In this document: in pieces, positions 25,046 to 38,311 of the stretch
How the letters are laid out: each line of letters opens with the position of its first letter
Position numbering within the stretch: position 1 is the stretch's first letter
Assembly: GCA_905331295.1 (NCBI GenBank)
Contig: CAJNYD010000020.1
Location: 186,001 to 250,000, forward strand
Reading direction: 5' to 3'
Origin: Rotaria socialis
Lineage: Eukaryota
Length of the DNA: 64,000 bases
Translations under genes and position numbers: made by a program
The notes under the pieces: generated by a model
What the model was told of the DNA's origin: nothing
The model's input: the letters and a program-made list of their open reading frames with translations, nothing else
The model's database searches: none

Positions 25046-26282
25046 TCAACTAACAATATGGATTTGTGACCTATTATTAGTATTATTGTTAGCACGGGCA
25101 TCAGCAACTGTTTGGTAATGATATTGTGAGAGTAATTGAATGGTTTCTTTGCTAAATAAATGCGAAAATATTTTTCGGAAAACAAGCCATGTTTCATTCT
25201 TGAAAATAATATGGTCAGATGTATTAGGTAAATGAATATCATCATAGAGAAGTATTGAATCGAATTCAAACGAAAGAAAGTTTTCTGACGGATTTAAACG
25301 ATAACCTAATTTACGTTTATCAACATATGTATTGTGCGAATGTTGAGCTTGAAGTATTAATAAACTAGAAAAGGAAAAGAATATTCTTTTCTGAGCTTTT
25401 TCAGCAATGATGTTTCTTTTTTTCTACCTGAGTAATTTCTGATCAGTATCCCATTGTATCGTTCTTTTCAGGACATTTTTAGGTAAAGTTACATTCATTT
25501 TTTTTCTCAAACAGCATTCCATCATATCGACTGTTATATTTGCCGATAGACGACAGTTCTCCAATGGAGAGAAAATCATTTGCCATAAAGATTGTCTCAT
25601 TCCAACATAAGACATTGGATAATAATGAATATGATAGTATTTTTCATACGAGAAATCCTCGTCTGGACAACAATATGCATTGACAGCAAGAATATAGTTC
25701 GTGTGATTTGTATGGATTTCAAAGCGATGCCGACTAATTGGTAATAAATCTGCATCGGCTACTAAAATAAATAAATCCTTTGTCGTATTATAGCCATATG
25801 AAATAAAACCGCCGAATAAGCGAATGATTTGACTTGTTGATATCGAACGTGATCGATCAACGTTAACAAAAAAATAATTCATTTTTAAGTCGTTTTTTAA
25901 TAGATTAATTAGTAACATTTTTTTAAATATACTTTCAGAACCAACAAGAAAGATAAATGGTTCAAAACCAATACGACGCCATGCTAATGCTACATATGGC
26001 AAATAATAGCAATATAGAGCTGTGTACGAATCCGATGAACACGACAATAATACAATATTTTTATATAAAGATGAAAAATTACTTGGATATGAATGATGTA
26101 TTAATGGTGGTAGTATAATTAGATTTGACTTTTCGTTTTGATATAAAATAAATTTAGAACTAACAAAAATAAGTAGTAAAAATATGACTATTGAATAAGT
26201 ACATGTGCTATCTAAAAATAGATTCCAAAGAATGCTTTTTTTATTAGAAAGATTACTTTCAATATTTAATCTACATACGCAT
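25046..26282 (-). CDS. Type II membrane protein with DxD motif, putative glycosyltransferase-like; exons ~26282-26279, 26214-25428, 25364-25046
   Basis: Spliced start MHSTCTYSIVIFLLLIFVSSKF (TM), ILVADADLLP (DxD after a hydrophobic strand), YYPMSYVGM, WDTDQKLL and DIHLP. The last exon is open to TGA at 25046. Confidence 0.6.
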
Positions 26283-29200
26283 CGGAGACCAATAATTTAT
26301 CAATCAAGATGAATCATAATAGGTCAAACTGGTGGTTTTCCTTATGAATAGATCTATGAACATAGTAAATTCGAGAACAAAAAGAGACTTACATAAACCA
26401 GAGGAAAGAAACAAACCTATTGAGGATGGTGCCCGCGCCGAAGTGTTGATTTGTCGTTGTATAGAAACCGTTAGCGGCTGAAATGTCATGATCATGCTCA
26501 TTGAAATCGACGATAATACAGGAAATTAAAAGAATCTATGACAGAAAAGAACAAAAAGCACGATGAGCTAAAAACAGTTTCATGTGAAAATTTAGAAAAA
26601 CAAACTATCAATAAATAATTCATCACCAATTTGTTTTCAGCAAGAAACCAATCGTATGACTATCATGAATCTTCTGGTTAAAATAATTCATTAAAAATTA
26701 AAATCAGTGCTATTCAGAAATAAAAACGATGAAATCTGTTTTTTTCCCCTGATAAATAGAAATTCGATAAAAACTGCATGAAATTACTTCCATAATCGAT
26801 TAAAGGAAAAAGAAATAAAGAGTTTGTTGAACCATCTTTTAGTTTTTTCTTTATCACCAATGATGCCCACACAAAGTTTCAATCAACAAAAATATTTTCA
26901 GGCAATTCTTTGAGTATTCTCATTCCAATTATGCACTGTTTTTTCTTCTGCATGTTGCGTTCAAATAATCTGTGCATGCGTAAATAATTCGTGAGATATA
27001 TTTTGCTTAAAAAAGAATTAAAGCTCTAAAGGGATTTCTTGGTAAGTCAATTGTATGAATGTGTAGAACACGATATTGCCAAAGTGCATAAAGAATTTTC
27101 TATATTATAAACAACATGGATTATTGATGTGTTTAAGAGAAACAAAATAGAATGATCGTTAACACACAACCACTTATATTGGATAATAAAAACATTTCAT
27201 GAATACATATGTGTTAGAGACAAGACTGTCCCGAACCATTCAGTTTTGAGAATGGGTAAAAAAAATGCTGTGTTAAAATAGAATTCTTACAATGCTGATT
27301 TATGTTCATTTCTATTTAATTGTTATAGCGGCTGCGTGTGCAAAATGACTATGATCGTGCCCTCTTGATTGCGGACGAAGATTTTGCACGCAATATAGAA
27401 TCACTCAATTCTATAGATTTTAACCTTATATTTGGTTTCAACTTAAAGTTCATTCAGAAGAAGATGTTCGACATTGTCTTTATCATCAAGCAGATTAGGT
27501 TGTACCAATAAAAATCTCTCTCGATCTCTTTTAGTTTTTTCTGACGTGTCAATCAACATGTGAATGATGGCTGATTAGAAAAGAAGAAAAACATGCAATA
27601 AGATCAAATTGAAAAAGGAAAAAAGTATACCGGTAACGAAGAATAAAAATTAAAAGAGATAAAACGAGCGCACATGTTTTAATAAAGAAAGACTTCAAAG
27701 TCTCTACATTAACTTGAAGCTTCTTTTCATTGAATTTAATTTTAGAATCGGTCGTTTTCTATATCTAGGTTACTCGAATCTAATCGGGCATTCACCTGCA
27801 TATATCGATTCAAATTCATGTCCATATAAAATAACGTCTTATTCGGAACACGAATCAGATAGGAACTAATTTGAATAATGAAAAACGGAAAAGATATCAA
27901 GTTTGATATTATCAATAATTTGTTTCTCTAGCTGTAATTGAAAAAATTTTATTGAAATGAGACAGCTCACTCTTGCTATAATTTACGCAAACTCTCGCTG
28001 AAAACCTTACATAGAACTGTATTTGATTCAACTTTGAAATCATAAATGTAGTTAATAAAATTAATTCATGGGACGATTCTGATATAAATTCTTATTTTTT
28101 TTATGGAAGATGTAATATGTGATCATTCTTCTTATAATTCCTTTAAAAATTTTATTGGATCCATCATTGAAATATTTATTATCCTTTACTACATCGATTA
28201 TTAAAGGTAAAAACGTTCGACCTCATTGATCGTTCTTCTTACTTAATATACTAACGCTTTCCCTATACTAAACATAAGAGCTTTTCACTTCACGGTTAGA
28301 AATAATTTATTGTTTAGGAGGTAGTCTCAAGGAATTTATTCCGTGAAAAGAATTTTTCAATCAGAACATTGAATCAAAATTTAAAAGAACCGCTCTGTTC
28401 TCGATAGAACCTCTCAATTTTCATCGTATATGTCGACCTGACGCACTTGATCAAAGGTTCGTTCTCCGATAGAAGAGAATATGTCTGACAAACTCATTAA
28501 AAGCGTATCTAAAGTTCAAGGATTTTGTTTCTTTTTAAAATCACTTATTTCAATGTCTTTAAAATATATATAGAACAATTATTGAAAAATGTTCTTTGAA
28601 TAGAAACAACATGAGTATTTATCTTTCTTACATTTGAATCAAACATACAACAGCTTATTATGAAGTAAACCAAAATTATATGTAGGCTTTTTTTCGCTGT
28701 AGCTGTTGTAGTACTTATCACGTAAGAATACAAAGATAAGCGTAGATGTTTTGAATTTGAAATGAAACCTAATCGAACAACGAGTAGAATACAATCAAAA
28801 TGAGATGTCACGTGTTTGTTACTTGATAATCAATATTTGCTAATATGAGTCGTCGTTGTACGACTGATATGAAAGGAAACATTTCATCGTTGTCTCAGGC
28901 TACTCTCTATCAACATTATTTTTATTTCTAGTGAAAAGAAAAATTTAGGCAGAAACTGATTCAGAATCTTAACTTATAATATAATATGATGAGAACAACT
29001 CAGACCTAGCGAATCACTTTATGAATAGAAGTGTTTTGATGAGAGACGAATCTAATGATTAATAGAATATTCTTTATTAGAAATTTGCAAGTACCTTGAA
29101 CAGTTTTTAGTAAATATAAAATAAATAATAACAAGTTGTACTATAAAACTTGTGATCTTTTAGAAATTAAAGGTGAAAGCTGTTTTTCGGAACCAGAAAA

Positions 29201-29488
29201 AGGCCAATAGAAGTCGTAGCATTTATGAATATCGCTTTGCATAGAAGTAATTATTCATTCCTTTTCAAGGATTTATAATTTTTTTCTCAACGTGAAATAC
29301 TAAAACAGCATTAGTTGACTTTAAATTGATTGTATCGGTCAAACGAAACAAGTTTTTTCTGTTTTTGTACGATCTACTACATGAATCTTGTTCTCTTGAG
29401 TCAAACCACCATGGCCCTCTATCGGTTAGCTTATTTCTATTAGTTACTCTATCTTGAACCAATCCTGTTTGAACAATTTTTTTACGAT

Positions 29489-30417
29489 ATGTCATCCTTT
29501 GTTCGATTACCACGCAATTTATCAATGGCTGAAAATAATTCTGAAGATAATATTGAAGATGAAGGAGCTCGTCATCGTCGTGAACGTCGGGAATTACAAG
29601 CAACAATTCAACAACTAAAAAAATCTGTTAATAAAAATGATAAAACAAGAAAGAAAAAGATCGATAGCGATATTAAAGCTTTAGAAGAAGCATTTGAAAA
29701 ACGATGGGAAAATTTTGATGAAAATTCAACTCCAGAGAAATCGAGCGTAGCTCCTACTTCTACTCAATCAGATGAAAAGTCTACTGAAGTTTGTCAAAGA
29801 GAAAACTTTCCTATTCAAAAAAGTGCACCGAACTTTTGATTTTATAGACTGAAAAACAAAACGTATCACGTAAAGCACGTCGTTTGGCAAATAAAGAAAA
29901 ACGTCAAGCTGAACTTAATGAAAATCAAGAAATTGTAGATTATGATAATCAACCAGAATCCATTCGTCGTCGTAATGAATCATCATCAATAAATGAACAA
30001 TTACTTCAACGTGGTCTTGAACTTCAACCTATTGTATCTGATGGAAATTGTCTATTTGCTTCCATTGTTGATCAAACATCAGATTTAAATGTACGACAAT
30101 TACGTGAATTGATTGCTGAATATTTACGTAAACATCGAAGTGACTATGAACCATTTATTGATACGGATTATGATGCGTATTGTGAGAAATTAGCAAAAGA
30201 AAATGTGTGGGGTGGACAAATTGAATTACAAGTATGCGCAAAAATATTACAAAAACCCATTGAAATCATTCAAGGAACTGGTGGCGAACCGATTAAAATT
30301 GATTGTCCATCATCAATATTAGAATCACCTATTGTTATAACCTATCATCGATATTTATATGCTAATGGAGAACATTATAACAGTACAATAAAAGTTCACG
30401 AGAAGGACGATGAATAA
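29489..30417 (+). CDS. OTUD6B: OTU deubiquitinase OTUD6B-like; exons 29489(or 29525)-29788 and 29848-30417
   Basis: RHRRERRELQATIQ N-terminal helix and catalytic DGNCLF, WGGQIEL and GEHYNS motifs. Confidence 0.9.
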
Positions 30418-30480
30418 ATGAAAAAACACAAAAAAATGAAGAAAATATCATGTTTGTTATTCTTCTATTTTATCTTTTAG

Positions 30481-33400
30481 ATGAAGATTATTATTCATTG
30501 GGGTAGAGTATTGGGTCTTTTTATTGCAATACTAGTTGGTTGCATTGCAATTATATGTTTTAAATTATTCAATAAATCCGATCCATTCCATGATCAAAAT
30601 GTTGGTCAGTGTGATATGTACGAAGCTCAAACAATTATTGATAATCTTGTATGTTGTTATTTCTATTAAATATTCTTTTGGACAAGATATTGAATTTTTT
30701 GAAACCGACACTCTGAGAAGAGTTCTCTAAACAGAAATCATTTTTTTTCAAAACTTTAAATAAATATTACGATTATCAGCTGTAGAATCTTTGTCTATTC
30801 TTTGGATATTACTGAGTTTTCAATATCATGAGAATCAGTAATAGTCTCAGCACACGGAATAAAACTTAAACTAGTTGTGTATGTGGTATTTTCACGACTC
30901 GCCAACGAGTACATCTTGAATAACTAAATTCTTTCTAACATTTATTTTTCGTACATTTATTCTTTATTTAATTCTAACCTATTTAGTTTAAGTGCATTTT
31001 AAGTAAAAATATAGCGCATTTCGAACAGGCAGAATCACAAAGAAGAAGTTTTTATTCAATGCAAAAAAAATGGAATGCAAAGTGTGCGATCTAGTAGTAT
31101 CCGAGTTTTACTGCATTATTTGTGATTACTATCTTGACCAACATTTTCTTTGCTAAAATAATTCCGTCTATGAAAATCTAAGATATTAAAAGACTGACAC
31201 TAATAATTCATTCGTCGCAAATAATTTTCCCGTAGAGATATTCAATTTTTGATCGATTGGACACGCAGCGTTTTTAAGGATGCCGGGTTACGATAATTGA
31301 GCTATGTATTTCTGAGTTCATTGGTATGCGTGATTTCTTTTTCATTCTTTCCTTACATCTGAACCTAGATTACCATTCAGATTATTTCTTTCTTCGCCGA
31401 TTGACCTACTTACATTTTCTATTTCTTTTATTCGATCACGTTTACGCTTGAATTAGAATGTAGCTAGAGCAATTTAAAGAAGATAGAATCAGAATTCGAT
31501 GGCGAGAGATTTATTCGATTTCGAATGCTTTTGGTTACACAATGACGAGACATTCGCGTGTTCAGTGGATATTGTAGTACATTAGATTTTGAATAAATAT
31601 CGAAATCAAAACCAGGAAAAAGTAAGATTTCAAAACAAATTATTCTTTGTTGAAATCTTCAATTTGTGAATAGGAAAACAATTTTATTGCCGAAGACACG
31701 ACCATTCGTTAAATACCTATCATAACAAACTAGCCATTAGTCGAAAGCCAGAACTTTTTTTTATGGAACATTCATAGCTCATTTCATTGTATACCGCACA
31801 CATAGTGTAAATGCAAAAGCAAGTGAAAGCAGTATCACACTAGAAAACTTACCTTGGAATTGCTAGAATATCCATGAAAGTTATTTTTAAAGAATGCAAT
31901 TGACGTACTTAAAACTAGAAATATATCATTGCGCTATGGTTTATGAAATACTAACTGTCCCACATATTTCTAGACTGTTCTCCTTACTCCTAAAAAGATG
32001 CGATAAGCCTACTCGCGAGCATCTCTATTAGTTTTTATATATTTATCTATATTTTAGTGTGAATTATATTCTCTTGGTCAAGTGTCCGGTTCTCATTGTT
32101 CATCATTGTGTAATATAAATGCAACATTAACATTGGCACAATGTTTGTCATTATCTCAATCGAAAATAGTATTACTCATGTCAACCAATTCATCGTCTTA
32201 TGTTGTATTAAAATCTACACGTCGTTCTTTTGATTATGATCCAAGAGATTTATTATTTCAGAATACAATCGTATCAATACCATCAGCTCTTTTAAGATTT
32301 TACGATATAATCAATTCAACATTAGAAAGACATATGGGTATTCAAGTAGAGAATTTAAAAAATGAAGATTTAATACGTCGTTTATTTCGTCATGATTATA
32401 TTGAAAATCCATCGATTTTATTAGAGAAATTCGAAGAAATTAAAGTTAATTATAATGATTACTATGAACATAATCTTGCATTATCATTAACAACAGAACT
32501 CAATACGCTTTTTTCATTAATAACACAACATGAATTTTTACTTTCACATTATTATCGTTCAAAACTTGAATTAATGCCAAAAATCATTGGATGGTGTGGT
32601 CATGTTTATTTAACAGAACATTTAACGCCATTAAATCATCCCATGATTGAAGAACAATTAAATTCTGACGCATGGATACCAAAAGCTTGGTTAGCTAATC
32701 GTCTTCTTCAACTTGTTGATAGTTTTGATAATGAACTTCATGCTCCACTTCATTTATGTGATCTTCGTAAGTAAAATATAGTTCGTTTAGTTTTCTTACT
32801 ACAATCAAATTCGTTTAAATGAATATAATGTAGCCTATAACTGATAAATAGTATCTTCGTAGTTTCGGATAATAGTTTAGACTTGAGAATTTCGTTGCAA
32901 TAATGTTGGCAGCTCCGATCATAGTAGATTTAACGAACAGGGCTAAATCAAAATTTATTTTATTTAATAGGCTCTACTGTTTATCTATGATTTGACTATG
33001 TCGAATAGTAGAGATGAATCATTTTTGACAAGAAAATAATTCGAGATAACTATTAGATCAATTAGATGACTTTAATTTATTGCTCATATCCATTTTTAAA
33101 GTATCTGCTTTTGTGTTTGAATATTATTTATTTATTCTATGTTTAGAATTATCTAATTTCGGTATAAGTGAAAGTGGTAATGTAAAGTTACTTGATGTAG
33201 ATATGGCATATTTTGATCGCTTAATTCCATTAGATCCGGCCATAAAATGTCGTAGACATTCCGATTGTTCATTTTTCGACTGTTCAGGTTATTGTGATAA
33301 ACGTAAACGGCGATGTCATGCGAATCGTCGTATAAACAATAATTTACAAGTACTATGCGCAAAAGTACTTACAAAATTATTAAAAGCTGATACCATCCCA

Positions 33401-33574
33401 TCACGATTACACGACGTAATTTTGTCGTATGTTAAACAATGTACATCACCACCGGGTCGTTATAAAGGATCAAGTGAATTAAGAGTTGGCGCATCGCCAC
33501 GTTTACTGCGTGCAATGCAAGTGATGCTTATTGGTGAATTAAGATCTGCTAATATAACTTCGTGTTTATCTTAA
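30481..33574 (+). CDS. Divergent secretory-pathway protein kinase, DIPK1/FAM69 family; exons 30481-30648, 32058-32766, 33147-33574
   Basis: N-terminal TM, Cys-rich CELYSLGQVSGSHCSSLC, PKIIGWCGH, HLCDLQLSNFG, LLDVDM and a Cys-rich C-terminus (CRRHSDCSFFDCSGYC, NNNLQVLC) typical of FAM69. Confidence 0.85.
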
Positions 33575-33782
33575 AAACTAATGATAGAATAGAATGGTTT
33601 TTTTCCGTAGTGCAATTAATCATAGAAATTTAACTAGACTCAATATTTGCTAATTGTATGTGAGAATCTTCTTTTTCTTTGGCAGTGATCGATAAATCAT
33701 TCCACGTTTTTCTGTTTTTCTTGTCAGATAAATTGTATTATATTTGATCTTTTCAGATAAAAACTGTTTCGAAAAAAAATCT

Positions 33783-34463
33783 ATGGCTGCCGAAGGAGTA
33801 GAACGATATGAAATAGAACGTATTGTTGATAAACGTTATAGAAATGATAACATAGAATATTTTATTAAATGGCGAGGCTATCCTGATAGTCAAAATACAT
33901 GGGAACCTTGTAAGAAGAAAAGAATTTTATTAAAATAAATGATATTTTTTTCTTTCTAAATAGCAAGTAATATTCAAGGTGAAGAAGAATCAGAACTACT
34001 TGCTGAATATGAAGCACTTGCTAAACGTCAACAACAGCAGAAAACATACAATTCAGGATCGCGATCAACAATGAATAATTTCTCGCCCAATAAACGTCGA
34101 CAGGTGATATTATAAGCAAAAACAAAAAGAAAATTAACAAGAAGCTTGATTATTTATATTTAGGATGAAATGATAAATAATAATTTAAAAAAACGACCAT
34201 TATCAACAAATCATATTCAATCATCCAACACTCCGACTGGTTTCGAAAGAGGATATGAAGCTGAACGAGTCTTAGGTGCAACTGATTCAGCTGGCGAACT
34301 TATGCTACTGGTTAAATGGCGTAATTCGGATGAAGCCGACCTTGTACCTGCACGCATTGTCAATGTTAAATGCCCTGGCCTTGTCATAGAATTCTATGAG
34401 CAGCATTCGTTTTGGTCTCGCTTACCAAAAATAAATCAAACTAGTGGATCTACAATACGATAG
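33783..34463 (+). CDS. Heterochromatin protein 1 / chromobox (chromo + chromoshadow domains); exons 33783-33909, 33964-34103, 34164-34463
   Basis: Chromodomain YEIERIVDKR...EYFIKWRGYPDSQNTWEP and chromoshadow GFERGYEAERVLGATDSAGELMLLVKW...CPGLVIEFYE. Confidence 0.92.
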
Positions 34464-35214
34464 ATTTAAATCAGACACTTTTGTTTTGTATATTTATGTT
34501 TCTGTTTCATTTATAAATGTTAGACGATGCTGGTCATAATTTGTCAAAAATGTATTGAATATGTTTTTGACTTCTGTAACTTGAAACAAATATTGCATAT
34601 AGTATTAGTAAATATATATGTACATATATTTGATACGTGTCTGGTTAAAACACATAGGTAAAATATTTCAGAAACTTATTGATGATTATTCTTCTCCTAG
34701 CTAATAAGTTTTCATGCATAAACAAACGTTAATGGCAACGACTTTATGCTGAAGAAAAAATAACCAGAATTTTTTTTAAAGATATGACATTACTTGAATA
34801 CTAAGGCATAAGATTACTCATTTCTAGTTAAATATTTTATTTTTCTCGCAGCCTATATTTACTATTGGTGCATGAGATTTACTCATTTTTAACAATCTTT
34901 TTCTGTTAAAAGTACATAGCCTTCAAAATTTGTCCATGGACACATGACGAGGTCATGGAACTCATAAAATTATTTCTTCCATCATTTCCACTGCTAACAT
35001 TGATTCAACTGAAGTCGAATAATTTTCTGTTCTCTTTTTTTCGATGGCATAATAAGGGGTTACACGCCTGTCGTTCTTTTTCCATTTTCGCACAGTTTGC
35101 TTGTTCGAATAGAAGAAAAGAAAAGAAGTAGAGAATACACTTTCAACCTTTGAGTGACTAATAGAAGGACATATAACATACGAGAGAATTTCGATTTACT
35201 TTACAAATCAACAA

Positions 35215-38200
35215 ATGGCTGCTGGTGGCGTTAATAGTTCTTCATCTGAAATCAATGTAGTTATTATTGGTGAAACAGGCAGTGGTAAGAATTAAACGTC
35301 AGAAGATATAATGAGAAGATCTAAGATAAATGTTTCATTCGAAAGAGTTATTCTCTCTTATCACGATAGACAATCAAACGAATAGATTTTAGAGTAATCA
35401 TCATTAGAATCATAGAAACTATTGTCACATAGGTATCGACCTACTTTAATATGTTATAATCCGCACAACTTATGAGTAATACAAATGAATCTATCATCAA
35501 AACCCTAGATTCTATTACTAATCAATCTGTCTACTTCAATAAACAGAACTGAAAAAATTCGAATTGTAGCTATTTAGTTTCTGTTTGCAGAACCAATCAT
35601 GAAAGCAGATTGCATGACATTTTTTGAAAGATTTCTCTCCGAATAAATCCTAATTATATACGAGTTGTTCGGATCAATGTTATTTATCGATTCAAGTATC
35701 TTAAATAAAAATCCATATTTCAATTTCGACTGAAAAATAAATATAAACATTCTTAGGTAAATCAACGTTTATTAATTATTTAACAAATTTATTTTATAAT
35801 GGCTCATTGACAAATCTGAAAGTAGCTATACCAACACGTTACTTAAAAGCTAATATGTCTTCTGCGATGCCTCAACATCATGAAAATTGCATAGATGATA
35901 TTACACGTAGTAAAACAAGTAAATGTACAAGATATACATTTACTGTTGAGCAAGTTCATTTTAATTTTTTTGATACACCTGGTATCAACGATACCGGTGG
36001 TTATCTATCTGACAATGAAAATGTTGATCGAATATTTGAGTGTATACAAACATTACAATATTTGACTGCTCTTGTACTTGTTCTAAACGGTACACAAGCA
36101 CGTTTAACAGTTAATATAAAAAATGTTCTTGAGCGTTTTCGTGATCGTATACCTGATATAATTTATCGAAATACAATTATTATATTGACCAATTGTGCAT
36201 CTCATACAGTTAATTTTGGTTCAGTTAAGTTATTAAATCATGCACCCGTATTTTATATGCAAAATTCAGCATTTTCATCCGATGCTCAAGCATGGACATA
36301 TCAAACACGTGAAATACTACAACGTGATTGGATTGTGTCAATGCAAACAATGAATGATTTTATTAAAAATTTACTCACATTAACACCGGTATCAACAGAA
36401 TCATTGTCAGCTATGAATGAGGATCGAAATGCTATACGTAGCGTTTTACATGAAAGTCGTCTTATGATTATGGAACTACAACATATTGAAGATGAAATGA
36501 CGGCACTTGAACAAGCATCACATATATATTCAGCGAACGTAGAAAAATATGCATCGGCTAGTGGTCAGCCAACGAAATCAATTCAGGTTAGTTAATAAAT
36601 CAAGATGAGAGAGATAGAGAGAGAAGTAATATTCAAGAGGCTAATCAAAGATAGTCTTGTTAATTCAGCCTAGTTTCTACTAATTGTAATTCTGAATGAG
36701 AGGAATACTGACCTTACTCGTAGTTCTCTCGTTCAACGTTTACCATCATTTCATAGTTAATCAAGCTAAGACTAGAATAAAGTTTTTTGAAAATAACTTA
36801 AATAATCACTGAACCATTGCAGCTAAATAATTTAAAATTAGAAATGATAATGGTAATATTTTCAAATTTGACATGCAAAAACTTATTTTAGGTAAACGAA
36901 ATCATTGCAACATCATATCACAATACAATATGCTTAAAATGTAATACTGTTTGTCATGAACGATGTTCATTAACAGAAACAACACGAATTGGTGAACGTT
37001 TGTTTCGACGTTGTACAGTTATTGTTAATGGTCGATGTACTGTATGTGCTGGTAAATGTTCTTATGATATACATTATCATGATCGACGTCTTATTAAAAG
37101 TGTTCCGAGAACATTAAAAGTAGCTATATCATCTATGGCAAATAAATATACAGAAGCACGAAACGATAAAGCAGCTTGTGAAACCAAATGTGAAACAGTT
37201 CAAGAAACAAAACGCGTCATTGAACAATCATTGCAGGAACAATTTACAAAAGTACGCGATGCATGTTTACGTGTGAGAAGTAATTGTCAAGGATTTAATG
37301 TAGCTGAAGAATTATGTATGTTTGTTAATTTCCTTAAAAACGATATGAGTTCATTGAGATCAACATCGGTTGTGAAAAAGGCAAAAAAATTTGTTGAAAA
37401 ACTTGAAACTCTTTCAAATGAATTGCAATATGATGATTCTTTAATATCAATAATTGAACAGCCATTATCATCAATAGCAACACATGTGACAATGTCACCT
37501 CCACTTGCTGCCAAGCGAAAACCAATCAACAGTAACAGCAATACTCATAATCATAAACAACCATTAAAAGCATCACAACTTCAATCAAACTCAACAGTGG
37601 TTAGTACCATAGACATTATCTAAAAGTCAGTTGATATTATTTCATTTTTGACCGAATAATAGAATGAGGAAACGATTGTAACTAATACGTCACCAACATC
37701 ATGTATAATCACGCAAGTCGATCATATTCTAAATGGATCATTCAATTCATTGAATGTCATCGGGGATGTTACATCAACTGAAGAGGATGAACAACGAAGA
37801 AAAAAAGTGCCGACTATTGTTATGCAGGATTCATTTCATCGTAGTCAACCTGTTCAACAACAAGCACCAACATCGGATTCGGTGAATAATCGCAAACATG
37901 CCGAATATTCAACTGAGCGTCTTGTTACTTTAAGTCATGAGTCAACTGACGAATATAAATTAATTGGAAAAGAATTAAATCGACGCTGTGCTGGTACATC
38001 TGTCGGTTACTTGCCGCCAACACAATTGGCTCAATTATGTGAATATTATGCCTCATCTCGAATGTTACAATTGGACGAACTTGCTCGTGTACATACACAA
38101 CTTCAATCAGACGTACAACAATTAACTGACCATGATCCATTTGAAATACTTTCTGTGCCTACAGATAAACTTTTACATTTAGCTGCTGTTACACTTTGTT

Positions 38201-38226
38201 TACATACTGCTACTAAACATCAATAA
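35215..38226 (+). CDS. P-loop GTPase (AIG1/septin-like) with Cys/His finger, coiled coil and C-terminal helical domain, copy 1; exons 35215-35284, 35757-36586, 36892-37599, 37663-38226
   Basis: G1 IGETGSGKST (split by intron 1), G3 FFDTPG, G4-like ILTN, and Cys/His cluster CLKC..VCHERC...CTVCAGKCSYDIHYH. Confidence 0.8.
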
Positions 38227-38311
38227 GCACTTCATTTGCATTTTCTTTGTCTTCTGTATTTTAGATTATTATTTTGTCGTCTACGTGAATTTCAAATCAA
38301 GTAATCCTGTA

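Noticed and set aside
38183..38311. GTPase-2 frame stays open upstream across the GTPase-1 stop (+1 frameshift fusion?)
   Set aside because: Only ~43 codons, with no slippery or pause signal that I can identify. The region is better explained as a polypyrimidine tract and acceptor.
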